From positions 58,737-122,736 of IMG/VR virus record IMGVR_UViG_3300025357_000908: 64,000 bases of DNA, one strand, 5' to 3'. The position numbers and the translations under genes are program-made. Every line of letters starts with the position of its first letter. The stretch's first letter is position 1. Positions 1-9,940 of the stretch are shown here, one piece after another. The DNA is from a virus (lineage: Duplodnaviria; Caudoviricetes). Below the pieces are notes generated by a model. The model searched no databases, was not told the DNA's origin, and worked only from the letters and a program-made list of their open reading frames with translations.

Positions 1-1061
1 AGTTTAATATGGAACGAGCGGACACTATCCAGCACGTCATCAAGATTCTTCTCAATTCTATCTACGGGGTTTTTGCTAATAAGTTTAGCCCTATTTGTGA
101 TAGTGATCACGCTGGTAGCATTACTCTTACTGGGCAGTCGGTGGTTAAGCAAGCAAGTGATATCATTGATCAATATGCTAAAGAAAAGTTTGGCTACACT
201 GGTAAGTCGTTAACCATATATAACGACACGGATAGTACTCACGTTACTATTCAGCCGTTGTTAGACCAGATGAAACTAAACATATTAACCGATAATAAGG
301 TTAACAAAGAAGGTTTAAAATTCATCGATGATGAATTAGGAGTTTATCTTAATAATAACATTAAACAATGGGCAAAGGATAAACTAAATTCTGTAGACCC
401 TCGTTACTTCTTTAAACGTGAATCAATTTGTGATGTTGGTGTTTATCTTGAAAAGAAACGTTACATTATACATGTGTTGAACGATGAAGGCGCAGACGTT
501 AATAAGTTTAAGTACGTCGGTGTTGAAATTGCACGCTCTACTACACCTAAGAAAGCTAAAGAATTAATTAAGAAGGTTATTGAAAACAGTTTATTGGTAC
601 AAGATCAAAATAAGGCTAATGCTATTTATAGAGATGTGTATGACGGTTTTAAATCGTTAACTATTGATGACGTAGCTATTAGAGGTGGTTTAAGTGACTT
701 AGAAAAACATGAAGTTCGTTCAGAAGGCTTTAAAATAGCTAAAGGCACACCAAATCACGTAAAAGGCGCAATTTGGTATAACATGCTATTAAAGCATAGA
801 GGGTTAGAAACAAAGTACGAACGTATTACTTCAGGTGGTAAGGTAAAAAAGATTTATATTGCACCTAACAAGTATAATATTGATACTCTTTGCTACCCCG
901 TCAGTTTTCCACCAGAATTAAACGATTTTCAAGTTGATTACGAAGAAATGTTCGATACAATTATAGTACCTCCAGTAAAAGCAGTTTATGAAGCTCTTAA
1001 CTGGCAGTTACCGCAAGTAAACAATCAAGCACAAACAGATTTATTCGACCTATTCACATGA
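1..1061 (+). CDS. gp43: Family B DNA polymerase (T4 gp43-like), C-terminal part; 5' end lies outside the window
   Basis: PolB motifs Q..KILLNSIYG, SITLTGQ, YNDTDS, KKRY, GVEIARS; the frame is open upstream of the ATG at 9 to the window edge. Confidence 0.95.
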   Translation, partial: FNMERADTIQHVIKILLNSIYGVFANKFSPICDSDHAGSITLTGQSVVKQASDIIDQYAKEKFGYTGKSLTIYNDTDSTHVTIQPLLDQMKLNILTDNKVNKEGLKFIDDELGVYLNNNIKQWAKDKLNSVDPRYFFKRESICDVGVYLEKKRYIIHVLNDEGADVNKFKYVGVEIARSTTPKKAKELIKKVIENSLLVQDQNKANAIYRDVYDGFKSLTIDDVAIRGGLSDLEKHEVRSEGFKIAKGTPNHVKGAIWYNMLLKHRGLETKYERITSGGKVKKIYIAPNKYNIDTLCYPVSFPPELNDFQVDYEEMFDTIIVPPVKAVYEALNWQLPQVNNQAQTDLFDLFT

Positions 1062-1864
1062 TTAAAATATCTCACGAATCCCCTTTAAGTATGCTCGAGA
1101 TCTCTCGTACATACAACGATTACGACTACGCTCTCGTACACTTGTTCGAAGAGCACCCAGAATATTACAAGTTCTTTGAAGATAGTGTTAAAATGGGTAG
1201 ACATGTCTTATTAGATAATTCTATCTTTGAATTAGGTGAATCTTTTAACCCTAAACGCTATGCTTATTGGATTCAAAGACTTAACCCTACTGAGTTTATC
1301 GTACCAGACGTATTAGAAGATTGTCAAGGTACTATTGATTCTGCTAAGAAATGCTTGTGGCACGATTGGGACTTTGTTACTAACTCTAAAATAATGGGTG
1401 TTGTACAGGGTAAGACATATGGTGAATTAGTTAAGTGTTATGTAGCCTTAGACCAAGAGATCGGTGTAGATAAGTTAGCTATTTCATTTGACTATTCTTA
1501 TTACCTCAAACTATTCCCACACCCTAACAAATGGGTATCTTATATGATGGGTAGAGTGATGACTCTTAATCAATTAATGAATGACGGTATTATTAATAAA
1601 GATAAACCTCACCACTTATTAGGTTGCGCACACCCAAGAGAATTTAGTTTCTATCAAGGACCTGAATATAACTGGATCGAGACGTTAGATACATCATCTC
1701 CTGTTGTTCACGGTATTAAAAGAGTAAGGTACTCTGATGCTATTGGTAACTGGAAGAAGGAGTCTACCAAGCTTGTAGATCTTTTAGATGTAATACCGGA
1801 TGCAATGCAAGAAAAAATCATTGCAAATAATTTAATTGAGTTTAGAAACTACGTTAATGGATGA
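1058..1864 (+). CDS. TGT-fold guanine transglycosylase-like protein (DpdA-like, probably DpdA3 type)
   Basis: TGT-like motifs LLDNSIFE (cf. DSGGF), GVVQG, PHHLLG, LDTSSP; clustered with queF, with folE in the same operon. Confidence 0.7.
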   Translation: MIKISHESPLSMLEISRTYNDYDYALVHLFEEHPEYYKFFEDSVKMGRHVLLDNSIFELGESFNPKRYAYWIQRLNPTEFIVPDVLEDCQGTIDSAKKCLWHDWDFVTNSKIMGVVQGKTYGELVKCYVALDQEIGVDKLAISFDYSYYLKLFPHPNKWVSYMMGRVMTLNQLMNDGIINKDKPHHLLGCAHPREFSFYQGPEYNWIETLDTSSPVVHGIKRVRYSDAIGNWKKESTKLVDLLDVIPDAMQEKIIANNLIEFRNYVNG

Positions 1865-2091
1865 CAACATTAGAAGCTATAACCAACTCAGTTTATGCTA
1901 ACTATCCCCATCTTTTGGCAGATAACGTGTCTATTGTTGATTATTGTTTTTGGGATTGTTTGTCAAATACGGAGATACCAGTAAAAGAAATGAAAGAAGT
2001 CAAAAATTACTTGACTTCTAACGGAATCGTTGATTTTACACTTGTAATTTTCTTTAGTGATAATACAATAGGTTATCGTCTAAAAATATGA
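1861..2091 (+). CDS. Hypothetical protein
   Basis: 76-aa ORF overlapping both neighbours by 4 nt. Confidence 0.6.
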   Translation: MTTLEAITNSVYANYPHLLADNVSIVDYCFWDCLSNTEIPVKEMKEVKNYLTSNGIVDFTLVIFFSDNTIGYRLKI

Positions 2092-2666
2092 AACGTAACT
2101 TAATCTGGAAAGCATTCTTCTCTCAGAGTGGATCTGAAATAAATGAAATATCTAATAAGGTAGAAAGGTACCCGGATGCAATTATTACTAATAAGAGTTT
2201 TGACGATTTAGATAAAATTAACCCCGAATTACTTGAAAAGTGCTTTAATAAGTTCATATTTCTGCCGAAGAAACCAACTGTAGAAGAATACCGGGAAGCT
2301 ATTAGACATACTGATGTCATAACGTTACATGGTTATCTTCGTATTCTACCGCCAGAAATATGCGGTAAATTTAAAATATATAATGGACATCCAGGACTTA
2401 TAACCAAGTACCCAGAACTAAAAGGTAAAGACCCTCAAGCTAAAACATGGTACGCATACCCTGAAAAGAAGTACAACACACATGGACATGTTATTCATGA
2501 AGTTATACCAGAAGTAGATGCAGGTAGGGTTGTATCTGAAATGCGCTTCAGTACAGAGGATTTATATTTAGATTATAAAAGTTTAGATTTATTTACTGAA
2601 CATTTACATAGCGTAGCAATTCAAAATTGGGTTGGCTTTATGCGTAAAAGCCTATTAAATAAATAA
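2088..2666 (+). CDS. PurN-like formyltransferase (candidate preQ1 formyltransferase, DpdN-like)
   Basis: FSQSGS (cf. SGxGSN), LHGYLRIL, NGHPGL..YPELKG, HEVIPEVDAG are GAR-transformylase-fold motifs; lies between the dpdA-like gene and queF. Confidence 0.8.
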   Translation: MKRNLIWKAFFSQSGSEINEISNKVERYPDAIITNKSFDDLDKINPELLEKCFNKFIFLPKKPTVEEYREAIRHTDVITLHGYLRILPPEICGKFKIYNGHPGLITKYPELKGKDPQAKTWYAYPEKKYNTHGHVIHEVIPEVDAGRVVSEMRFSTEDLYLDYKSLDLFTEHLHSVAIQNWVGFMRKSLLNK

Positions 2667-2668
2667 TT

Positions 2669-3244
2669 ATGAGATCAAACTATAAAGCTGCAATCTGTGG
2701 CGCTCATTCACAAGGTAAGACTACATTAGTAAAAGCACTAAAAGATGATCTGTTCTTAGATGATCAGCATTTTAGTTTTAGAACTAATCTAACAAGAGGT
2801 CTTAAAGATTTAAACGTACCTATTAATGAAGGTGGTACTTCTTTAACTCAATATCTGGTAATGGCTCGTCATTTAGAGTATGCTCTAACTCCAGGTAACT
2901 GGATCTTAGATAGAGGTGCTTTAGACGGAATTGCATATACTGCTTATTTTTATGAGAAAGAACAAGTCAATAAAGATGTATATCAAGCAGCTTTATCTGT
3001 TTATGAATCACTGTTAGGTACTTACGATAAGATTTTTTATGTTGTACCCGAACTTGATATTAAAGATGACGGTGAAAGAAGTACAAATAAAGAATTCTTT
3101 GATGGTGTAGTAAAACAATTTGATTTTTATATCAAACATCATTCAATGCCTAAAGACAAACTTGTTTATGTGATAGGATCAGTAAAAGATAGAGTTAAAA
3201 TAATAACAGATACAATTAAAAAAGATTTTACCAATGAGCTATAA
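2669..3244 (+). CDS. P-loop nucleotide kinase (dNMP kinase / NadR-AAA-like)
   Basis: Walker A GAHSQGKTT, ILDRGALD, DDGER lid motif. Confidence 0.75.
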   Translation: MRSNYKAAICGAHSQGKTTLVKALKDDLFLDDQHFSFRTNLTRGLKDLNVPINEGGTSLTQYLVMARHLEYALTPGNWILDRGALDGIAYTAYFYEKEQVNKDVYQAALSVYESLLGTYDKIFYVVPELDIKDDGERSTNKEFFDGVVKQFDFYIKHHSMPKDKLVYVIGSVKDRVKIITDTIKKDFTNEL

Positions 3245-4154
3245 TACTAATAATATCGATAAAGTACTCGGTCAGAGAGTAGACTCTCCAAGTACATATA
3301 CCCCAGAGATTTTGGTGCGTGAAGAGCGCCAACGTAACCGCACATATCTTGATCTTAAGAACGGTTCTTTACCTTTCGTGGGTTATGATATCTGGAATGG
3401 CTACGAATGTAGTGCATTAACAGATAGTGGTTTACCTGTTACTTGTGTTGCTAAAGTAGTATACTCTGCTGAAAACGATTTCATTGTAGAGTCTAAGTCA
3501 ATGAAGCTTTATTGGAACTCATTTAATATGCAGAAAATGGGTAAGAATACTAAGGAAGTACTTAAGAACATTAAACAAACAGCTTCTAAAGACCTATCCT
3601 TATTATTAGAGACTGATGTTAAGGTAGAGCTATTCTCTCAAATTACTGACACTGAAACCGAAAAAGATAGAGAAGTTTGGTTTTCAGATCATAGTTCCAA
3701 AATTTGGCGCCCATTAGAACAAATTAAGAGTGCAGAAAAGATTAAGTTTACTGTATTCAACGAGAATGCTGATCTGTTAGTAGCTAATGAAACCGAATCA
3801 ACAGAACAACACTTCTATATGAGTACTCTGTTACGTTCTAACTGTAAAATTACAAAGCAACCAGATTCGGGCGATATTTTCATTTACTATAAAGGTAATA
3901 AAGCAGTAACTGAACAATCTCTATTAGAATGGATTGTTTCATTCCGTAATGAATGTCATTTCCACGAAGAAATCTGTGAAGCTGCTTATAAGCGTTTATG
4001 GGACTTGTTACAACCTGAAGAGCTTATGGTAACTTGCTACTACGCAAGACGTGGTGGTTGGGATATTGTTCCTACACGTGCTTCTCATAAGAAACTACTC
4101 AACAAGTATCTTGTTAATGTAAAAGCACCTTACTTTAAATTTCCTCGTCAATAA
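3234..4154 (+). CDS. queF: NADPH-dependent 7-cyano-7-deazaguanine reductase, bimodular QueF
   Basis: QueF motif IVESKSMKLYWNSF, catalytic SNC..TKQPD, FHEEICE, YARRGG. Confidence 0.93.
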   Translation: MSYNTNNIDKVLGQRVDSPSTYTPEILVREERQRNRTYLDLKNGSLPFVGYDIWNGYECSALTDSGLPVTCVAKVVYSAENDFIVESKSMKLYWNSFNMQKMGKNTKEVLKNIKQTASKDLSLLLETDVKVELFSQITDTETEKDREVWFSDHSSKIWRPLEQIKSAEKIKFTVFNENADLLVANETESTEQHFYMSTLLRSNCKITKQPDSGDIFIYYKGNKAVTEQSLLEWIVSFRNECHFHEEICEAAYKRLWDLLQPEELMVTCYYARRGGWDIVPTRASHKKLLNKYLVNVKAPYFKFPRQ

Positions 4155-4190
4155 ACTTGATTATAACAAAAACTATATTAATATAACTAT

Positions 4191-4544
4191 ATGAACTCAG
4201 ATCAAATCATTGTATTCCTTGATAACATTCAACGTACTATCGTTGCTACATATGTAAGCAGTGACGATAACAATATCGTTGTAACTAAGCCTGCTATTTT
4301 AAACGTAACACCCTCACAAGACAAAAAATTACAAGTACAACTCTATCCTTTAATGTTTAGAGAGTTCTTTAAAGACCGCGATGTATTTCCTACATGGACA
4401 TACAGCAAGTCACAAATTGCTTTAGCACAAGATCTTGACCTTGAAGCTAATCTTATTGCTCAATACACAGAAATGTTCAAAGTAATTAAGAACGAACCTG
4501 CTCCTACCATCAAGCTATTTGATGCTGATGACGATAAGAGCTAA
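4191..4544 (+). CDS. Hypothetical protein
   Basis: 117-aa ORF upstream of uvsX with typical codon usage. Confidence 0.7.
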   Translation: MNSDQIIVFLDNIQRTIVATYVSSDDNNIVVTKPAILNVTPSQDKKLQVQLYPLMFREFFKDRDVFPTWTYSKSQIALAQDLDLEANLIAQYTEMFKVIKNEPAPTIKLFDADDDKS

Positions 4545-4549
4545 TCTAT

Positions 4550-5695
4550 ATGGCACGCAAACCACGTACAGAAAACAATAACGATGAAACGAAAGCTTCA
4601 TCATTAAAAGATATCTTTGAAGCTGTTGATGCATTGAATCAAGATGCATCAATGCTCTCTGAAGATAATTCTTTATCTATTGTAAGCGATTGGATTGACA
4701 CTGGCTCTTATGCACTTAATGCTATCTTTTCTGGATCTCTTTATAAGGGTATTCCTGTTGGTAGGGTTACTGGTTTTTCCGGGCCTTCCGGTGCGGGTAA
4801 GACGCTTATTGTTAATAAGATCATTGCGAACGCTCAAAAGAAAGGCTACTTTGCTGCTGTCTGGGATACGGAAGCAGCGGTAGATAAGCAATCCGCAGAA
4901 GGTGTTGGTATCGATCCAAAACGCTTAAAGTACTATCCTGTAGAAACAGTAGAAGATTGCCGTAACCAAATTGCTACATTCTTAGATAAGATTATTGCAG
5001 CTAATGACCCTAACTTAAAGGTTATTGTCGCTATTGATAGTCTTGGTAATTTAGCGAGTGCTAAAGAGCTTCGTGATGTTACAGAAGGTAAGGATGCAGC
5101 AGATATGGGCACTAAGGCTAAAGCAATGAAGTCTATGATGCGCGCCTTAACCTTTAAAGCAGCTAAGGCTCGTGTGCCTATTCTGTTTACTAACCATATT
5201 TATGACAACCCAACTTCACTCTATCCTGAACTGGTTAAGCGTCAATCCGGTGGTAGTGGCCCTATTTATCTTGCTTCTCTGCTCGTACAGCTTGCGACTC
5301 GAAACGAAAAGATCGACAAAAACGAAGGAGAAGAAGCAATAGCAGTAGCCCACAACGTAAGCGGTGTTACTCTGTCAGCAATGACTGTAAAGAACCGTTT
5401 TGCACCACCTTTCTTGAAAGCTGAACTCTATAACAACTTCCGTACTGGCTTAACTCGTTATGCTGGTTTAGCTGATATGGCAATTGCGTTCGGAGTTATT
5501 CAACAAACCGGTTCTACATTCCAGTTTAATGGAGAGAAGATCGGTTATAGAAAAACATGGGAAGGTGATATTAAGTTCTGGGACGAAAAAGTAATCCCAG
5601 CATTAGAAGAAAAGCTTAAAGAGAAAGTTCGTTACGGTGGTGCACTTGATGCAGACCCGTTAGATGAGCCTAACGAAGCTGATTCAGCAGAATAA
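4550..5695 (+). CDS. uvsX: RecA-like recombinase UvsX
   Basis: DTGSYALN, Walker A GPSGAGKT, DTE, IDSLG, FTNH, SGG, KNRFAPPF. Confidence 0.95.
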   Translation: MARKPRTENNNDETKASSLKDIFEAVDALNQDASMLSEDNSLSIVSDWIDTGSYALNAIFSGSLYKGIPVGRVTGFSGPSGAGKTLIVNKIIANAQKKGYFAAVWDTEAAVDKQSAEGVGIDPKRLKYYPVETVEDCRNQIATFLDKIIAANDPNLKVIVAIDSLGNLASAKELRDVTEGKDAADMGTKAKAMKSMMRALTFKAAKARVPILFTNHIYDNPTSLYPELVKRQSGGSGPIYLASLLVQLATRNEKIDKNEGEEAIAVAHNVSGVTLSAMTVKNRFAPPFLKAELYNNFRTGLTRYAGLADMAIAFGVIQQTGSTFQFNGEKIGYRKTWEGDIKFWDEKVIPALEEKLKEKVRYGGALDADPLDEPNEADSAE

Positions 5696-5697
5696 AC

Positions 5698-5727
5698 AAA
5701 AAAGCTAAGGGAAACCTTAGCTTTTTT
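5698..5727 (+). terminator. Rho-independent terminator
   Basis: AAAAAAGCTAAGG-GAAA-CCTTAGCTTTTTT perfect hairpin with T-tract after uvsX. Confidence 0.9.
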
Positions 5728-5751
5728 AATTTAATAGATTATAATAAATAA

Positions 5752-7095
5752 GTGAAGAATAAACTTCAAGTTAACGCGGAATATTTTGAAAACGTAATTG
5801 CTTGTCAGGCTCTGACGAATGCATACTATACGTCATTAGTGTATGAGCACCTATCACCTGATAATTTTAAGAATTCAGGTAATAAGCTTATTATCAGTAT
5901 TATAAAAGACTTTTATGCTAAAAGAAAGACTTTACCTACTGTAACCGAAATTAAGACGTATATTAAATCTGAAGAAGATGCTAAGTTAATTAAAGATACA
6001 CTTATAAGCTACAAACAAATAGACTTACAAGGCAATTTTGATGAGTTAGTACAGAATACTGAAACGTACTTTAAAGAAAAGAACGTTTATAACGCTGTAC
6101 TAAAAATCGTTGATGATGTAACTAACGATAAAGCAGATTACGGTAAATTTCTTAAGATGTTTGAAAAGGCGTGTAATGTAACGCTTATTAACGATATTGG
6201 TTTAGATTTTTATGGTCAATATCAAAAGATATTAGATGAATTGGGTACACCTAATGAAACTATACCTACCGGTTGGAACTTTTTAGATGAAAAAATAGGT
6301 GGTGGTTTAGCTAAGAGAGGTAGAGCTCTCTATCTATTCTTAGGCCCTACTAACGTTGGTAAATCTATTTTCTTGGGTAATATAGCGAGTAATATGGCTG
6401 AACGTGGTTTAACTACTGTTCTCATATCTTTAGAAATGCCTGAAATGATGTATGCTAAACGTATTAGTAGTCATCTTTCTAAAATCCCTATTAAAGAGAT
6501 ACAACAGCAAATTAAACCTTTAGAAACCTATTTTCAAGAAGTATCAGAGCAACGCAAGCAAAAACTTATAATCAAGGAATTCCCACCGAAATCCATTACT
6601 ATAGGTGGTATTAGAGCCTATCTTGAGTCTTTAGTTAAGTCCGGGATAAAACCGGATATACTCGTTATAGACTATCTCGGACTAATAAAGGCGAGTAGCG
6701 GTGATAACTCTTATGAACAAGGCAAGAATACTGCTGAGGAATTAAGAGCATTATCATATTTCTTTAGTATACCTATTGTGAGCGCAATTCAAACTAACCG
6801 TGAAGGTATGGAGAAACCAAGTCTGGATACTGTTAGTGAATCCCTCGGTGTTGCATTTACGGCAGATGTTGTCTGGTCTATCTATCAAGAAGAAGGCGAT
6901 CAAGAGCTTGGAGTTATTAAAGTTGGTGGTATTAAGAATCGTGTAGGACCTAAACACGGGGCTACAGCTATGAGAATTGATTACAATACATTATCACTTT
7001 CTGAAGAAAAGAACTACGTAGGCCTTGCCAATAACGACAGGGATTTCGATGAAATGTCAAGCTTAGAAAAAAGACTGGAAAATGCAGCCAAGTAA
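5752..7095 (+). CDS. gp41: Replicative DnaB-like helicase (gp41)
   Basis: IPTGW, GPTNVGKS, ISLEM, IIKEFP, IDYLGL, SAIQTNR, KNRVG. Confidence 0.95.
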   Translation: MKNKLQVNAEYFENVIACQALTNAYYTSLVYEHLSPDNFKNSGNKLIISIIKDFYAKRKTLPTVTEIKTYIKSEEDAKLIKDTLISYKQIDLQGNFDELVQNTETYFKEKNVYNAVLKIVDDVTNDKADYGKFLKMFEKACNVTLINDIGLDFYGQYQKILDELGTPNETIPTGWNFLDEKIGGGLAKRGRALYLFLGPTNVGKSIFLGNIASNMAERGLTTVLISLEMPEMMYAKRISSHLSKIPIKEIQQQIKPLETYFQEVSEQRKQKLIIKEFPPKSITIGGIRAYLESLVKSGIKPDILVIDYLGLIKASSGDNSYEQGKNTAEELRALSYFFSIPIVSAIQTNREGMEKPSLDTVSESLGVAFTADVVWSIYQEEGDQELGVIKVGGIKNRVGPKHGATAMRIDYNTLSLSEEKNYVGLANNDRDFDEMSSLEKRLENAAK

Positions 7096-7109
7096 GTTAA
7101 ATAAGTCTT

Positions 7110-8039
7110 ATGAGTGCCAAGAATATATACGTTTTTACAGACATTGATTTAGATGGTTCTGTGAGTTTATTGGCATTACATTGGGGCCTTAAAGCTAATA
7201 CAGGCGATATAAAATATAAGGCTACCACGGTAAGCAATTTAAGAAGAGAGTTACTACGGTGGTTGGAAGAAGATAATTTTAATAATTACGATAAGGTTTA
7301 TTTTTTAGATCTTGATACAAGTAATTGTGCTGATCTTATTGATAAAAATAACGTAGAAATTATTGATCATCATTTAACACATGTTAATGCAAAAGATGTA
7401 TATAAGAACGCTATAGCTAACGTAACAGAAGATACATCTTGTGCTAAAAAGCTTTATAAATATCTTAAATTAAGTTTTCCAGGGTTTGAAAAAAATATTA
7501 CCTCTGAACAAAAACTTTTAATAGCTTTAGCTGATGATTACGATAGTTATCAATTTAAGCTGGATAACTCATACAATTTAAATTGTTTATTAACTAACAC
7601 ACAAAAGACTTTAGATAAAACACGTACTGATAGATTTGTAGAGCGGTTTTTTAATGGTTATAACGGCTTTAACAAGCAAGAACTTAATATCATTAAAGAA
7701 TATATTACTGGTAGAGACAACACTATTAAAAATTTACAGGTATTTTCAGGTAATGTGAATATCAGTAAGCAAAGTGTTAAAGTTACAGGCACTACCGGTG
7801 TAAAATATGTTAATGATGTATGCGATTTCTTAATTAAAGAATACGACTCCGATATTGTGTTTTTTGTTAATACTAATAACTCGCATGTGTCTTTTAGAAG
7901 AAAAAAAGATTGCAGTATAGATATGTCAAAGCTTGCCATAAAATTATGCGAGGGTGGCGGTCACGATTACGCTGCTGGAGGTAAAATAACAGATACGTTC
8001 ATGGAGTTTGTAAAACAATTAACCCCAGTGGAGAAATAA
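7110..8039 (+). CDS. DHH/DHHA1 family phosphoesterase
   Basis: TDIDLDG, FLDL, IIDHH, SFR, GGGHDYAAG. Confidence 0.9.
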   Translation: MSAKNIYVFTDIDLDGSVSLLALHWGLKANTGDIKYKATTVSNLRRELLRWLEEDNFNNYDKVYFLDLDTSNCADLIDKNNVEIIDHHLTHVNAKDVYKNAIANVTEDTSCAKKLYKYLKLSFPGFEKNITSEQKLLIALADDYDSYQFKLDNSYNLNCLLTNTQKTLDKTRTDRFVERFFNGYNGFNKQELNIIKEYITGRDNTIKNLQVFSGNVNISKQSVKVTGTTGVKYVNDVCDFLIKEYDSDIVFFVNTNNSHVSFRRKKDCSIDMSKLAIKLCEGGGHDYAAGGKITDTFMEFVKQLTPVEK

Positions 8040-8041
8040 TA

Positions 8042-8338
8042 ATGTCAGGAGTAATTGGCGCATTAGAATCTGCAGTCTTGGAAAACCCTCTTGATTCTTT
8101 AATTGAAGAAGAAATAGAGGCAGAGTTGATTAAATTTAGCTCGTTTTGCTCAATCATACATAACAAAAAGCTTAACAACGTAGCCGTGTTTTCATTAATT
8201 GTTAAGAACAAAATATACAAAAAAGCTTACATGCGGATGTTACAGGTTGACAACGAGAAAGAAGCTATTTTAATATTTTTAAAGTATAATTCTAACCTTT
8301 GCCGTAGCAAAGTAGTGAGAGAGGTACTACAATCGTAG
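8042..8338 (+). CDS. Hypothetical protein
   Basis: 98-aa ORF within the operon. Confidence 0.65.
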   Translation: MSGVIGALESAVLENPLDSLIEEEIEAELIKFSSFCSIIHNKKLNNVAVFSLIVKNKIYKKAYMRMLQVDNEKEAILIFLKYNSNLCRSKVVREVLQS

Positions 8339-8343
8339 TACTA

Positions 8344-9000
8344 ATGAACGTACCGGAAATATATAATACATATCTAAGTGTATCGCGTGGCTCTTTAAAC
8401 AAGCCATGGAAAGCACGTAAAGATTTTGATAATTTTGATAAAACACCAGACGGTATTATCTGTAAGCGTTTAGAGTTGTTTTTTAAGAAGTTTCCTCAAA
8501 TAGATCCGAGAGACTATTTTAAAGCTCCTTATGTAGTTTATAAAGATGAAGAACACTTTCCTCTCAACTTTTACACCACTCAAAAAGCTATAGCTATTTA
8601 TACCACGGTAGAAAAACAAAAGAAGGAAGAATTACCTGATACAGACAATCAGATTGAAGATATTAAGAAATCTTTAAAGTACATTGCCGGGGTTTGCCTT
8701 CGACAAGGAATTACACTTACTAACTACTGCAAGATAAAGGAAGGATACACTTATAAAGTGTTTAACGATTTTAACAACAAACTTATTAACATTTATGTAA
8801 TGATTAAGTTGCCTTTCTTTGAAAACCAGCTAAACTCTCTTAACCCTCAAGATAAGTTACTTTATCTAAAAGATGCTGCAAATAACATTCAAAAATACAA
8901 GATGCGATTGAATTCATCTGTTAGAGCAAAAAAACTTATTGACGAAGGTCTCAAATTAATAACAAATACAACTAATACTATTGATAAAACTAAAAACTAA
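8344..9000 (+). CDS. Hypothetical protein; positional candidate for gp59-like helicase loader
   Basis: 218-aa basic protein directly upstream of gp32, matching T4 gene 59 in size and position; no diagnostic motif recognised. Confidence 0.4.
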   Translation: MNVPEIYNTYLSVSRGSLNKPWKARKDFDNFDKTPDGIICKRLELFFKKFPQIDPRDYFKAPYVVYKDEEHFPLNFYTTQKAIAIYTTVEKQKKEELPDTDNQIEDIKKSLKYIAGVCLRQGITLTNYCKIKEGYTYKVFNDFNNKLINIYVMIKLPFFENQLNSLNPQDKLLYLKDAANNIQKYKMRLNSSVRAKKLIDEGLKLITNTTNTIDKTKN

Positions 9001-9020
9001 ACTAAAATCACAACACAATC

Positions 9021-9935
9021 ATGAAACCTACGTTTAATTCAAATATGTTCGAAAGCATTAAAAGTGCTCTCGATTCAGCTAAGACAAAGAATACTGGCAG
9101 CAGTTTTAAGAATTTATTTTCTATTGCTAAACCAGGTAACTATGTAGTACGTTTACTACCTAATATTAAGAACCCAGGTGAAACCTTTTTACATTATTAT
9201 CATCACGGCTGGAATAGCATTGCTACCGGTCAATATGTAAGCGTAACATCTCCATCTACATGGGGTGAACGTTGCCCTATTAGTGAGCTATACTTTAAGG
9301 TATTACGTGGTGGGACTCCTGACGAGCAAGAAAAGGCTAAGGCTAATCTACGTCGTAAAGAAAACTGGTACGTTAATGTATATGTAGTAAGTGATCCGGT
9401 ATCACCAGAAAACAATGGTACAGTTAAAGTACTTCGTTTCGGTAAACAATTAAATAAGATTATTGAATCAGCTATTAGTGGTGATGATTCAGCTGAATTT
9501 GGTGCTAAGATCTTTGATCTAAGTGAAAACGGCTGTAATCTACGCATTAAAGCTGAATTAGTATCTGATAAGCCAGGTGCACCTAAGTACCCAACTTATA
9601 CAGCTTCAAAGTTCTTATCACCTTCTGCTGTTGAAGGTTTAGATGAAGATAAGATCCAAGATATCTATGAAAGCATCTATGATCTTAATACTTTCGTAGA
9701 ACATAAAACACCAGCTGAGTTACAAACGTTTATTGATACTCATTACTATGGTACTGATGCAGCCCCTGTTGCAGCCTCTGTGGTTGACGAAGATGAAGAC
9801 GTACCATATGATACACCAAAAGCTGTTACTAAACCAGCTGCTAAGCCAGCAGCAAAAGCAGCTCCTGTATCAGAAGATTCCGAGGTAAATGATGATAAAG
9901 TTAAGGCTATCCTTGATGGTCTCGATAACTTATAA
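9021..9935 (+). CDS. gp32: Single-stranded DNA-binding protein (gp32)
   Basis: VRLLP, HGW, GERCPI, NVYVVSDP..PENNGTVKVLRFGK, IFD....GCN, acidic C-terminal tail. Confidence 0.93.
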   Translation: MKPTFNSNMFESIKSALDSAKTKNTGSSFKNLFSIAKPGNYVVRLLPNIKNPGETFLHYYHHGWNSIATGQYVSVTSPSTWGERCPISELYFKVLRGGTPDEQEKAKANLRRKENWYVNVYVVSDPVSPENNGTVKVLRFGKQLNKIIESAISGDDSAEFGAKIFDLSENGCNLRIKAELVSDKPGAPKYPTYTASKFLSPSAVEGLDEDKIQDIYESIYDLNTFVEHKTPAELQTFIDTHYYGTDAAPVAASVVDEDEDVPYDTPKAVTKPAAKPAAKAAPVSEDSEVNDDKVKAILDGLDNL

Positions 9936-9940
9936 TCTAA

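Noticed and set aside
9-1061. Split or intron-interrupted polymerase starting at ATG 9
   Set aside because: The frame is open to the window edge, so simple truncation by the window explains it
2088-2666. Ordinary purN auxiliary metabolic gene
   Set aside because: Divergent sequence, no other pur genes nearby, and position between the dpdA-like gene and queF favour a base-modification role, though this is not proven
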